64,000 bases of DNA from Haliotis cracherodii. Taxonomy: Eukaryota. The position numbers were made by a program, and so were the translations under genes. Positions 12,301 to 23,298 of the stretch are shown here, piece by piece. Location: the NCBI RefSeq assembly GCF_022045235.1, contig NW_027266270.1:34348001-34412000 (forward strand), given 5' to 3'. How positions within the stretch are numbered: position 1 is the first letter of the stretch; each line of letters begins with the position of its first letter. The notes under the pieces were generated by a model. That model did not search any database and was not told the origin of the DNA. It worked only from the letters and a program-made list of their open reading frames with translations.

Positions 12301-15300
12301 GTACTGCATCACAGGTAAGCTGGCTATACTCACAGTACTGCACCCAAGGTAAGCTGGCTATACTCGCAGTACTGCACCCCAGGTAAGCTGTCTATACTCG
12401 CAGTACTACACCCCAGGTAAGCTGGCTATACTCACAGTACTACACCCCAGGTAAGCTGGCTATACTCACAGTACTGCACCCAAGGTAAGCAGGCTATACT
12501 CGCAGTACTGCACCCCAGGTAAGCTGTCTATACTCGCAGTACTACACCCCAGGTAAGCTGGCTATACTCACAGTACTACACCCCAGGTAAGCTGGCTATA
12601 CTCACAGTACTGCACCCCAGGTAAGCTGGCTATACTCACAGTACTGAATTATGCTCTGTGCCCAAGTCACGGTACTACATGGACGAACTGACATAGGTTG
12701 ACCCATGGTCTTTGCGAAAAAAGGGTGCACCCCTGCACTCGCCCAAATCCCATTCCACCCCTCCGCGTCCCTCTGGTTCCACCAGTAGACTGCATCCCCA
12801 AACATGTAATCTATGTTTTTGTATTTACCTGTATTTCCAGAGAACAAGATGATATTTGGCTGCACCCCCCTGTCCAAGTGTAACCGAAACCTGATCGGTA
12901 ACCTCACCGTCACCGGGGCGGAGTCAGGCATGCTGTGCATGTAAGTACAGATTGTTCTTTCTGCTCGTTATAGGTTGTATCAGCTCGTCACACGAAGCAC
13001 AGATCAATCGAGATCAGTCTCCCAAAATTGCTATAATATAGTTTTACTCTGAAGGTTTTGTATTGTGACGAGTTTTCGTTCACGGTACTTTGCATGTGAG
13101 GGAATATCTGCTTCTACGTTCATCAATCCTCTTAAGACACCCACACCACCCACACCCCTTCGACACGTCGATCCTGCGCGAATGTCAATTTAATCATGAG
13201 ACTGCTTCAAGATTGGCGCTGTCGCGTTACTGAGTGAGATAGTTCGTGTGTGCTGCTGTTACTATGACACTGTTTGTGTGTGACGCTGTTAGGATGGGAT
13301 GTCGTTAGTATGTGACGCAATTAGTTTGTGCGCTGCGCAAATGTCTATCCTGACTGTATCAATGAAACTGATTCAACATTGGCGCCGTGGCGTTACAACG
13401 TGACCTTGTTAACATGTGAATCTGTTAATCTGTGACTGTGTCGGTATGTGACGCTGTTGGTATACATTACGCTGTTAGCAGGTGTCAGGATGGGTTTAGA
13501 GCGATTATCAGCCATTTTGTAAGATCAACATCAGCGAAAGTGGTTCTGCGACTCGACACTTTTCTGAAACTGCAATGCCGCCCACCTTTAAGCACGTTAC
13601 TATTTCCCTGTCTCTCAGGGTACTCGAGACGTACTTCCCCTGTGTGGACGAGGCGGTCAAGCAGTGCCAACTATCTGGGGACGGGATATCTGCCATCTCC
13701 TTCCGTGATCTCGGCCTCCTCTCGTCCAGATACTGCCGGTCAGGTAAGTTTCCGCGCCGTGTTCCAGCACGTCTCAGGGATACAGCCGTTGTAAATCTAG
13801 GCTATATTGAGGTTAGATAATTGAAGCGCTTATTCCGCCTTGTGCATGTGGGTTTAGCAACTTAATTAAAAGCAGAGATATAAATTTGGCTGCCCGTCCT
13901 CTATATCTACGGACACACAACGAAAACGTGTTATCAACGTTAACACGAAGTACAAGAGAACGATTGTAGCTGTAAATATTTACTCGCATGACAAAGAATG
14001 ATGAATGTCTGAGAGAATTACATTATTTGTAGACCGGGGAAGATCCGGGTTGGAATAGGTCTTCAGCAACCCATACTTGTCGTAAGAGGCGACAAACGGG
14101 ATCGGGTGGTCAGGCTCGCTGACGTGGTTGATATATGTCATCGTATACCCAAACTCGATTATTTACAGACCCCGCGTCATATTGCTGGAATATCGCTGGG
14201 TGCAGCGTAAAACAACAAACAAACAAACAAATATGCTTAATTTCGAATACGCGTTTCCAAAGGTAAACGAGTTTATAGGTATAAGAGTAAGGCCTATAGA
14301 AGCGCTAGCATGGCTTTGTGAAGAAACCATCTATCTGGTCTGATTAAATCGGTGATCAAGAAACACGGCAACTCATTGATGTACAATCCCCGTGCTTTTA
14401 GACACGTGCCAGTTGTGTTTCGGCGATGTTCTATTTTCTATATCAGGTTGAATGGAGGTAGACATGAACGTGCTTGTGTTTCAGTGCTGGCGAACCCCGC
14501 CATCAAGAGCTGCATGAACTTCATGCAGTGTCACGCCGCCCTTGACCTTACCAACATGAGCCCCAGCATGATGGTGGAAGGAACCTATTGGTGCCAGTGA
14601 GTTGGATAGATGGCTAGATAGTCCGACGATGTATATATGGCTAGATACCTAGATACTAGTAGTCTGTTGATACATAGGTGGCTAGATAGATAGATACTGG
14701 AAGTCAGTTGATGTAGATATGGCTAGATAAATTTCGGAAATATGTATAGGTGGCTAGATAGATAGATTCTGGAAGTCTGTTGATGTAGATATGGCTAGAT
14801 ACCTGGATACTAGTAGTCTATTGATGTATAGGCGGCTAGATAGATGGATACTGGAAGTCGATGAATAGGTGACTAGATAGCTAGATAGTAGTAATATGTT
14901 TATGCAAAGGGGACTATAATCTAAAATCTGCTTTAATGATGAATAAGTAGGATACATGGCTAGATACTAGAACTCCGTTGATCTAGGTGGCTAGATACAC
15001 TGTTACGTATTTGTAAAAACCTATTTCATACATGTCATTTTTCTGTATTTTACTTATTGTAGACGGTCATATTGTTTTGAAATGTGCTTTAATGTCATTT
15101 TTATTTCAATCCAATGGATATTGAAAAATAAATTCTAAACAAAGTAAGAGAATACGGCCTGACGTACATGTGGACGATGACGTTTCATTGGTGTGTATTG
15201 TTGTCCAGCTACATGGAGTCGTCGCTCATATGCAGCTCTCAGCTCATCAACGCCGGCCACTGTAACGTCCGGAACAGAAACGACATGATCAACAACATCC

Positions 15301-18300
15301 AACGTCTCCGGCAGATGCAACAGACGACGTGTACAATAAGTAAGTGGATTAACTCATGTAAACATAAAACTGTTTATCATCGTTCCGGTAAAACATTTTA
15401 CAATGATGTTATTAGAGGGCACAATATTGTATATTTGTTTTATCTTTGATAAAATCTTTTCATGTTCGTTCCCTGAAAAATGGAAGAGAGTTACCTTTCC
15501 TTGTCTAAATATAGCCACCAGGTGTGCTGTCAAGTTTGAATTAGTTGTCTCCCCACTGAGAAAAAAACAAACCTAGTGACCTGGCACCAGATTATATTTT
15601 TTGTTGCTTATATTCTGAAGTGCTTGGCATATATATTGCAATATTGCATTGACTGACTGCTTAGCTGAATGATCGATCGAGGAATTAATGAATCAGAGCA
15701 ATGAATCATAATTCTTTTTCCTTTTGTTGAACTGTATTATAGGATTTAATGTTACTGAATTCGGTATCAGTCGTATATGTTAGATGGATGTATGCATTGC
15801 AATGACTTGTAATTCATATAGTATTATATATATATATATTAGAAATTGGTAAAGGTTATTATATCATCTTCATGGTGGGGGCGTTATCTTAAATATCTCG
15901 AATATGATTTAGATATATTCATTACACACCCAACTGGCACTGGTTACCCCTTCATAATTATTCAAATACTTTTGTTTTGCCCTAACCTGTTAAATATTGT
16001 CACCCTCCAGCCACACCCGCACCGACAACGTCAACGACTACCACTATGAAAACAACTGAGCAGCTGAAGGAAGGTAAGCCTGTCCATGACATCAGTATTT
16101 ACTTGAAGCAGTCGCAGTACATATACATCAATACTCAATGGTACTTACTGAGGTTTGGGGGGTTGACAGTAGTACTTAACATGATTTACCCGTCTTCAAT
16201 GTTTAATGTGTTCCCCGGATTCGTGGACATCCGGGTTAGAATAGTTTAACCCATGTTTGCTGTGAAGCCGACCATGCTTGTCATAAGAGGCGTCTTACGA
16301 GATCGGGTGGTCAGGATCGTTGACTTGGTTGATGAATGTCATCGTATCTCACTTGCGTGGATCGATGCTCATGATGTTATTCACTGGATTGTTTGGTCCA
16401 GACTCGATTAGTTACAGACCGCCGCCATATAGCTGGAATATTACTGAGTGCTGCGTTGAACCATAAACAAACAAAGAAATAATGTTCTCCCCTGTTGATT
16501 TGTGGGTAGAATAGGCTTGCGGTGTGAACCGGCTAAATTGGACTTGGCTGTCATTGTACCTTGGATTGTTGCCAGTGCTATAGCCCACCTGTTTGTCCTG
16601 TGTGGAGCCGAATATACTCAGACCACAGTGTAAACGCTGAAATATTGCAGCCTGGGGCCTGACACAACACTATCGGGGTCAGGCTCGTTGACTTGGTTGA
16701 TGCATGTCATCGTATCCCAATTGGTGGATCAATGCTCATGATGTCAATCATTAGATTGTCTGGTCCAGACTCGATTATTTACAAACCGCCGTCATATAGC
16801 TGGAATATTGCTGAGTACGGCGTTAAACAACAACAAACAAACAAACAAACAAACACTGATTTCATTTAAAATGACGGTCAGCAAGAATTTTTATAACGAG
16901 TTATGAACATATAGTTTTAGATAACCAGTTATTGCAACTGCTAATGATTTAATCATAATTATCTTTCGGGATAAGGCGCTTCATTACATAATCATGGTCT
17001 AATGTAGTTTTCATAGTCACCAATCACAATGCAAGATTTGATGTCAGGATAAAGATTTCATAGCAGAATACAACCCATCTTAAACACGTTTTAACATTCA
17101 ATATTTAGATTTAAGCAAGAAAGATGACGACAAGAAACAAGACAAAGTCACCGGGAATTCAGGTGAGATAGCATTTCTGTGCTGGGAATAGACACGGCAA
17201 AGTTCGACTCATGTATGGTCCTGTGTACATGTCATGACAACTTTGGCACCCTCAATAACGACTCGGGTTGTGAGGGCCAACATATTCGCTAGTTTTTACC
17301 CATTTCTGGTGTCTCATGCTGTGATATTGCTCGAATATTGAAAAAGGCGCCGTAAAAATCACTCACTCAGTAGTGTTTCGGGGGCATAGGTGGCTCAGTA
17401 GAATGAGGTGCCACAATTCGCTGTGGGGAGTTTCAATCCATGGATACATGGGTTCGAATCCCGGTTTGTCCCGATTATGTATAGGTTTGTCAGCACCATA
17501 ACCGACGTCGTGGGTTACACTTAAGTGGTAGTTTGAGACCTGCATCACTTCAGGCTTTCCTCACCCGTCAAGCTGACTCGCCGTGATATAACTGGGATAC
17601 TGTTGGAAGCGGTGTTAAACCAAACTCACTCACTCATTCACTCACTCAGTCCTAGTTTTTTATAATGTTAGGGTGACAGTGGCACTAGGTTTCCCCACCG
17701 ACTAACGGGTGACGGGTGCCACCGATGAGGCAGGACACGCTCACCTTTACGCGAACACCTGGTATTATCCGTTAATTATAGTGATTCATACACTCATGCT
17801 ATAGACGGAATCGTACAGTGGGCTGGCTACCTTTAGCAGACATGTCACCCCACGTTCACTACACCGTAGACATTTTGTCGCTTTTATTTCACTGCAATGA
17901 ATGCACTTCAAAACACCTGTAAATCTTTGATACGTCTTCGGGAATATTTTAGATGGTCAAAAGTGCACTCCGAGCGGATCGTACTTTGTAGTACTTCTTT
18001 AAATGTCACATTCATTCTTTTAGTTGCAATAAAACGTTATAGGCGAATATTAGTCATCTTCTCGGGGCAAGTGAATTAACTTTTAAAGTCCAGTTTCCAC
18101 CCTTGCCGAACTAGGCTTGCATTACTGGGCTCGATCGTAGCGCCACCGGTGGCGATTACGAGTTTTGACCCTTCTATGTCTCTCCCATGGACCAATCAGA
18201 TTCAACCCCAAGTATCACTTGCATTTGCTTCAAACAAAATGGCGGCGCTGAGTCAAGACGATCTGATCGATAATCGAGATATTTTGTGATAAAACGGATC

Positions 18301-18793
18301 TTACATCGCGAAGTGCATCTGAATACGTGAGCACCTTGAAGAAAATCGTGAAAAGTTTTGGAAAATATCTGTTGACACCGAGTTGCTTTGCAAATCCAGC
18401 AATCGCCCGAAATCTGCATGACAGTTTACGAACCGGATTTCGATTTCATTGCGCGATTTTTATTGGACTATGCATGGACTCGTTAGTCCAGCCAAAATCT
18501 AACTCCATAATACCAGCCTAGTTCTGCAAGGGTGAAAACTGGACTTTTATGGTCAGTTAACTCTCTTACCTCGGGAGGATGAATATTAGTCGAACACATT
18601 ATTTCAATATCTATACGATAGGTACATGACAACTTTATTTTTATTTTGATCTAATACGGAATAAATGATAAAGCAAGACGTTTATGTAAACTAAAAACAT
18701 ATTTTAATTTCAGGTTCTGCATCTACCTTGACCTTGAGCTTTGTAACCTTGGCCCTGACCTTCCTGGTGACCATATTCCAGCGTCATTCGTGA
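3333..18793 (+). CDS. Spliced gene, 556 aa: secreted/GPI-anchored protein with six tandem 6-Cys helical modules (RGM N-terminal/neuritin-like spacing)
   Basis: join(3333-3363,4968-5091,6911-7035,7785-7899,8439-8566,9247-9367,10020-10147,10997-11108,11837-11958,12841-12940,13619-13743,14485-14596,15209-15339,16011-16073,17109-17162,18714-18793) = 1671 nt, open, all GT-AG, phases compatible. N-term MSCNTLLTIAVWTVLVVLAVG; C-term GNSGSASTLTLSFVTLALTFLVTIFQRHS*. Confidence 0.88.
3391..3652 (-). mobile_element. SINE family A (tRNA-derived head, (ACTC)n tail)
   Basis: Matches the copies at 28009 and 46545; B-box GGTTCGAATCC on the minus strand. Confidence 0.8.
4968..5091 (+). CDS. Coding exon 2 (signal peptide end + module 1a)
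   Basis: GCAG| (V)WTVLVVLAVGCDEQC...LQRSC |GTGAGT. Confidence 0.88.
6439..6545. mobile_element. Short palindromic MITE, PIF/Harbinger-like
   Basis: TIR GGCCCACTCGCACAAAGCGATCTTAGCGCT; CTG flanks both ends; related copy ~19673-19780. Confidence 0.65.
6911..7035 (+). CDS. Coding exon 3 (module 1b)
   Basis: TTCCAG| AIKLHLQCLGEIRASC...YDRSCTE |GTGAGT. Confidence 0.88.
7216..7700. mobile_element. MITE family D, Mutator-like (9-bp TSD)
   Basis: ~65-bp TIRs CATCTTCC..GAGGCAAGGGAGTTAACTGAC..AAAAGTCCAGTTTCCACCCTTG; TSD AAATAACGG at 7207-7215 and 7701-7709. Confidence 0.85.
7785..7899 (+). CDS. Coding exon 4 (module 2a)
   Basis: TTCCAG| SAGADVASCGARYVVCNEKFNATFFP...AAC |GTGTGT. Confidence 0.86.
7982..8196 (+). 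mobile_element. SINE family B ((AAAC)n tail)
   Basis: ACCC.TGAAGATCCG.GTTA.AATAGGTCTTCAGC head and GCGGCGTTAAACAACAAAC tail; other copies ~4293-4470, 6751-6874, 14033-14230, 16222-16472, 16672-16854, 26992-27159. Confidence 0.75.
8439..8566 (+). CDS. Coding exon 5 (module 2b)
   Basis: GCCAG| SLNNYTACVESLLTSPDC...YSSTCQG |GTGAGT. Confidence 0.88.
9247..9367 (+). CDS. Coding exon 6 (module 3a)
   Basis: ACAG| TATTGANMARCLNGTMECFTTFNRTFFP...LMC |GTCAGG. Confidence 0.84.
9481..9737 (-). mobile_element. SINE family A
   Basis: Near full-length match to the family A consensus. Confidence 0.82.
10020..10147 (+). CDS. Coding exon 7 (module 3b)
   Basis: TGTAG| SVSNYSKCINALAADTSC...QVACGA |GTAGGT. 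Confidence 0.86.
10997..11108 (+). CDS. Coding exon 8 (module 4a)
   Basis: TTTAG| GGAKATECLRSFRDCYQHFNETFNP...KLC |GTAAGT. Confidence 0.88.
11837..11958 (+). CDS. Coding exon 9 (module 4b)
   Basis: GGTAG| SMDEYKVCSVGIPDDC...YSQYCTP |GTAAGC. Confidence 0.86.
11943..12646 (+). repeat. 34-bp minisatellite (~20 copies) made of the exon 9 end plus its 5' splice site
   Basis: Unit CAGTACTGCACCCCAG|GTAAGCTGGCTATACTCA. Confidence 0.95.
12841..12940 (+). CDS. Coding exon 10 (module 5a)
   Basis: TTCCAG| NKMIFGCTPLSKCNRNL...GMLC |GTAAGT. Confidence 0.86.
13619..13743 (+). CDS. Coding exon 11 (module 5b)
   Basis: TCTCAG| VLETYFPCVDEAVKQC...SRYCRS |GTAAGT. Confidence 0.87.
14485..14596 (+). CDS. Coding exon 12 (module 6a)
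   Basis: TTTCAG| LANPAIKSCMNFMQC...TYWC |GTGAGT. Confidence 0.87.
14605..14996. repeat. Degenerate GGCTAGATA-rich intronic repeat
   Basis: Recurring GGCTAGATA/GATAGATA motifs. Confidence 0.7.
15209..15339 (+). CDS. Coding exon 13 (module 6b)
   Basis: GTCCAG| YMESSLICSSQLINAGHC...QTTCTI |GTAAGT. Confidence 0.87.
16011..16073 (+). CDS. Coding exon 14 (Thr/Pro-rich stalk)
   Basis: CTCCAG| TPAPTTSTTTTMKTTEQLKE |GTAAGC. Confidence 0.82.
17109..17162 (+). CDS. Coding exon 15 (charged linker up to the putative omega site)
   Basis: TTTAG| LSKKDDDKKQDKVTGNS |GTGAGA; 54 nt, phase 1-1 (skippable in frame). Confidence 0.72.
17380..17648 (+). mobile_element. SINE family A
   Basis: Head GGGGCATAGGTGGCTCAGT, B-box, shared tail, (ACTC)n. 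Confidence 0.8.
18055..18581. mobile_element. MITE family D, Mutator-like
   Basis: Same TIRs and interior as 7216-7700; TSD AATATTAGT at 18046-18054 and 18582-18590. Confidence 0.87.
18714..18793 (+). CDS. Coding exon 16 (GPI-signal-like hydrophobic tail, stop)
   Basis: TTTCAG| SASTLTLSFVTLALTFLVTIFQRHS TGA; AATAAA candidates downstream at ~18988, ~19818, ~20187, ~20447. Confidence 0.82.
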
Positions 18794-19138
18794 AACGATT
18801 AACCCGTTAGTGGATAAAGTCAAATATGATGACGAACAAAACAGACTGCCCTCCAGTAATGCCAGTCTCAGAAAACTATAAGCCAACATCAGTTGAATGG
18901 ATGTTCTCGAAACTTGTGGAGAATAATTTGAAACTTATGTTTCTATCATCAGTCATGGTTCGTTGTCGTTAAGAAATTTAAGAAGTCAATAAAAATCTCT
19001 TAACCCTAAAATCTTTGAACATATAATTTGGTTTGTACATTATTTTCAAAATATTCTGCAATATTTCATAATTGGATATGCATTTGTGTGGTATTTGCTG
19101 GCATAGAGTAATAAGACTGTCATGTATGCACCTAACTG

Positions 19139-19669
19139 GGGTGTATTCACGAAGCTATCTCAGCTGAGCCCAGTCTTAGGGCTCACGGTGAAATTAACAC
19201 TACAACAAGAACTATTGTGGAAGGTATGTCCAAATTCTGACGACTGGCAACTCCACAGTTAATTTTGAAACTGCCTAATGTTGTTTGATCAAGCAAAGGT
19301 TTCAAATCACAAATTTACCTCTTATTCAAACGTTTGATGTGACGGCAGAATCACCACGGAAGATGCTTTTATTGAAAGTTCCTCTTTTCTCAATCATTGT
19401 CGGTTGGCATTTTGAAATGATATGTACAGTTGTAGGTTACAAACTGCAGTTACTTCAATATTGTATGTGGGTATAGTGGGTATATAGTATATACCGCCCA
19501 CATCAAGCTATCACGCCGTGATGTAATTGAAATACTGTTCAAAGTAGCATTAAACTTTACTCACTCACACAAACCCCTTCACAGTTCCGTCAGGTGGCGC
19601 TGGTGTCTCGATGACGGCACCTATCATTGCCAGGGCCGAGAACTCTGCGTAGGCTTCGTGTATAGACTC
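19139..19669. mobile_element. TIR element (Harbinger-like MITE) in the probable 3' UTR
   Basis: GGGTGTATTCACGAAGC ... GCTTCGTGTATAGACTC, CTG on both flanks. Confidence 0.55.
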
Positions 19670-20448
19670 CTGGGTAGCATTTCACAAAGCGATCTTAGCA
19701 CAATGACTGTCAAGACTCCCCTAGTTTTACACAGATCTACGGCAGTCATTCCACTTGGAGTGCTTTGTGAAACCAGCCCGCTGTATGTACTTCGCTTTTA
19801 TGACTTACCTGTTTGTAAATAAAGTGGAATTATATATGTATGTTTTCTGTGTAATTGACACTGTAATGACGTGGAAATAACATTGGGACTGAAACTTACA
19901 ACTTGTTCATCTTACTGCTCCAGTAACGTGTTATTATATTCATATATATATATGTTGTGAATGTAGATTATAACTATATCTGTCAGTGTGGTACTTGTGT
20001 ACAAACATTTTACCTGCCACGACCTACTTACACAGTATAAGCATGATAAAGAAAGCTAGATCAGTGTAGCATTGAAGTATTCGTGTATATAAATCGATGT
20101 CAAATTAATTTTGATTTTTGTTAACATTTGAATGTAATTATACACATTTAGGTTTGCTATAAGAAGAAACGGATTTTGGTGTTAAGAATAAATGTTTTAC
20201 ATAATTGTTAGATGCGTATGCTGTATATTGTTAAAATTTGATCATTTCGATTTACATATGAATGTTTGTTTAAAGTTGTTCTGATTGAAAAGTATATTTG
20301 AATGTTATTTGTTCTCTGTGATCATGTATAGATATAAGATTGTTAATCTCGGGAGATTACTTTTTATGGCCTAGTGTAAATATAGCTCTGAATGTAAGAA
20401 TCAAGAAAATTCAAATAATAGTGCTATCAGAGTCTTTATTGTGAAAAA

Positions 20449-20976
20449 TAAACTTTTCAATTGGAATATGTGTTACCATGGCAACATATATTGTTTTAGT
20501 ATTTCATAACCAACTTTTGCTCTGTAATTGTATGCCATTGCGTACGTCCTCTGAAATATGTTGGAGAAAGTCCGAGAAACGACATTTTTATTGGGGTAGA
20601 ATTTGTTACCATGACATCATATATTGTAGTATTCGATAAACCAACTTTTGTTCTACATGTATATGTGTATGTCATTGCCAACAGTTACCATGACAACAGA
20701 ATGATCGTAGTATTTTATAAACCAAATTTTGTTCTATTTATATGCTATTTCATACCTCCTCTGGAACATGTTCAGGAATAGAGAGTTAAATTGGAATAGA
20801 ATTTGTTTCCATGACAACATGTATTGTCTTAGTTTATAAACGAACTGTTGATTTATAACTGTATGTAATAGCATACGCCCTCTGGAATATGTTGGGTAAA
20901 GGACATTTATAATTGGAATAGAATTTGTTACCATGACAACAGATATTTTCTTAGTATTTTATAAACCAACTTTTTC
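20449..20976. repeat. Degenerate tandem repeat (~5 copies of GTTACCATGACAACA...ATAAACCAACTTTT)
   Basis: Motif recurs at ~20472, 20606, 20684, 20806, 20927. Confidence 0.75.
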
Positions 20977-21171
20977 TCAATAATTGTTTGTCATCCGTAA
21001 TGTTACTATATTAACATCAGACTTGCAACACAATGCCAACGGCCACGTTGGCATCACAATGTCGGTACCATTTAGGCATCAAAATGTCAACCCAATGTTG
21101 ACAACACAACAATGCCCATGTAAAACCATGGCATCAACAAGCATTGTATGCGGTGGCTTAAAGTGAATGAA

Positions 21172-22615
21172 TAGTGGGTTGCTAGCCATCTAGGTGACGA
21201 GAGAGTACACTTCCTAGTGGGCTGTTAGCCATCCTTAGTTGACGAGCGTGTACACTTCCTAGTGGGTTGCTAGCCATCTAGGTGACTAGAGAGTACACTT
21301 CCTAGTGGGTTGCTAGCCATCTAGGTGACGAGAGAGTACACTTCCTAGTGAGCTGTTAGCCATCTAGGTGACGAAAGAGTACACTTCTTAATGGATTGGT
21401 AGCCATCTAGGTGACGAGCGAGTACACTTTCTAGTGGGTTACCAGTCATTCTTTTGTGACGAGAAAGTACACTTCCTAGTGGGTTGCTAGCCATCTTGGT
21501 CACGGGAGAGTACACTTCTAAGTGGGTTGCTAGCCATCTAGGTGACGAGCGAGTACACTTCCTAGTGGGATGCCACTCATCCTTTTGTGACGAGAAAGTA
21601 CACTTCCTAGTGGGTTGCTAGCCAACCTTAGGTGACGAGCGACCACACTTCTTAGTGGGTTGCTAGCCATCTAGGTGAAGGGCGAATACACCTCTCAATG
21701 GACTGCTAGCCACCTGTGTGAAGAGCGAATACATCTCTCAATAGGCTGCTAGCCATCTGTGTGAAGAGCGAATACACCTCTCAATTGGCTGCTAGCCACC
21801 TGTGTGAAGGGCGAATACATCTCTCAATAGGCTGCTAGCCACCTGTGTGAAGAGCAAATACACCTCTCAATGGGCTGCTAGCCACCTGTGTGAAGAGCGA
21901 ATACACCTCTCAATGGGCTGCTAGCCACCTGTGTGAAGGGCGAATACATCTCTCAATAGGCTGCTAGCCACCTGTGTGAAGAGCAAATACACCTCTCAAT
22001 GGGCTGCTAGCCACCTGTGTGAAGAGCGAATACACCTCTCAATAGGCTGCTAGCCACCTGTGTGAAGAGCGAATACACCTCTCAATGGACTGCTAGCCAC
22101 CTGTGTGAAGAGCGAATACACCTCTCAATGGGCTGCTAGCCACCTGTGTAAAGAGAGAATACACCTCTCAATTGGCTGCTAGCCACCTGTGTGAAGAGCG
22201 AATACATCTCTCAATAGGCTGCTAGCCACCTGTGTGAAGGGCAAATACACCTCTCAATGGGCTGCTAGCCACCTGTGTGAAGAGCGAATACACCTCTCAA
22301 TAGGCTGCTAGCCACCTGTGTGAAGAGCGAATACACCTCTCAATGGGCTGCTAGCCACCTGTGAGAAGAGCGAATACACCTCTCAATGGGCTGCTAGCCA
22401 CCTGTGAGAAGAGCGAATACACCTCTCAATGGGCTGCTAGCCACCTGTGTGAAGAGCGAATACACCTCTCAATTGTCTGCTAGCCACCTGTGTGAAGAGC
22501 GAATACACCTCTCGATAGGCTGCTAGCCCTCTGTGTTACGGGCGAATGCAACTCCGAATGAGCTTCTAGCCATCTGTGTGACAGGCGAATACAACTCCGA
22601 ATGGGCTGCCAGCTG
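21172..22615. repeat. 43-bp satellite, ~33 copies, two subtypes
   Basis: TAGTGGGTTGCTAGCCATCTAGGTGACGAGAGAGTACACTTCC then CAATGGGCTGCTAGCCACCTGTGTGAAGAGCGAATACACCTCT; decayed units extend to ~22945. Confidence 0.95.
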
Positions 22616-23298
22616 AAAATGATGACTTCACCAGCTGGCAATGTGCTCCTAGAGAGGCTTAAGTGAATGAAGCGCTAGGAAAATCTACTCAACATCCGGG
22701 TTTTTCGAAGACGGCATTGCCGAACGGCTTCACAGGAAGAGAATATGATATATTGAACTTAACAGCTACCATGCGAGGAGTTAAGCTGTTTAGGAAGGAA
22801 CACACTACCCAGTGAGCTGGTAATGAGTTGCTAGCTATTGTGTGACAAGAGGATACACCTCCCGATAAGCTGCAAGTCATCTATGTGCCAGGGGAATACA
22901 CGTACCATTGAGCTGCTAGCCATTTGTGTGACGGGAGAATACTTACCAAATCAAAACAAATCTTTTCTTCCTATGAAGGCCACTGACCTTTATACAGAGA
23001 AAGTACATATGTACATATTACAGTGGTACATGAATTCATTCATAACTTACATCATAGTATTCGAGTATTTGAAAAACTTATAAATTTGACATAGATATTT
23101 ACATAAGTTTCTAAGTACGCTTACATCATGCAAAGAAAGGAGCGTTCTAAATTTACACGTATTCGGATTATAACAATACATTTCGAGCAGATAGAGGCCT
23201 TGGTGTCTTATGTTCTTGTAGGAGTTGCATGTTGAGGTAAAATGAAATTCATCTTCTATCCCTAGATCACAAAGAGGACATAAACGTAAACATAAATC

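Noticed and set aside
11943-12646. CRISPR-like array (34-bp repeats); likewise the 43-bp array at 21172-22615
   Set aside because: Units are head-to-tail with no unique spacers, there are no cas genes, and the context is eukaryotic
3333-18793. Calling the gene RGM or neuritin
   Set aside because: No vWF-D/GDPH region and six modules instead of one; similarity is by Cys spacing from memory only, so no symbol is assigned
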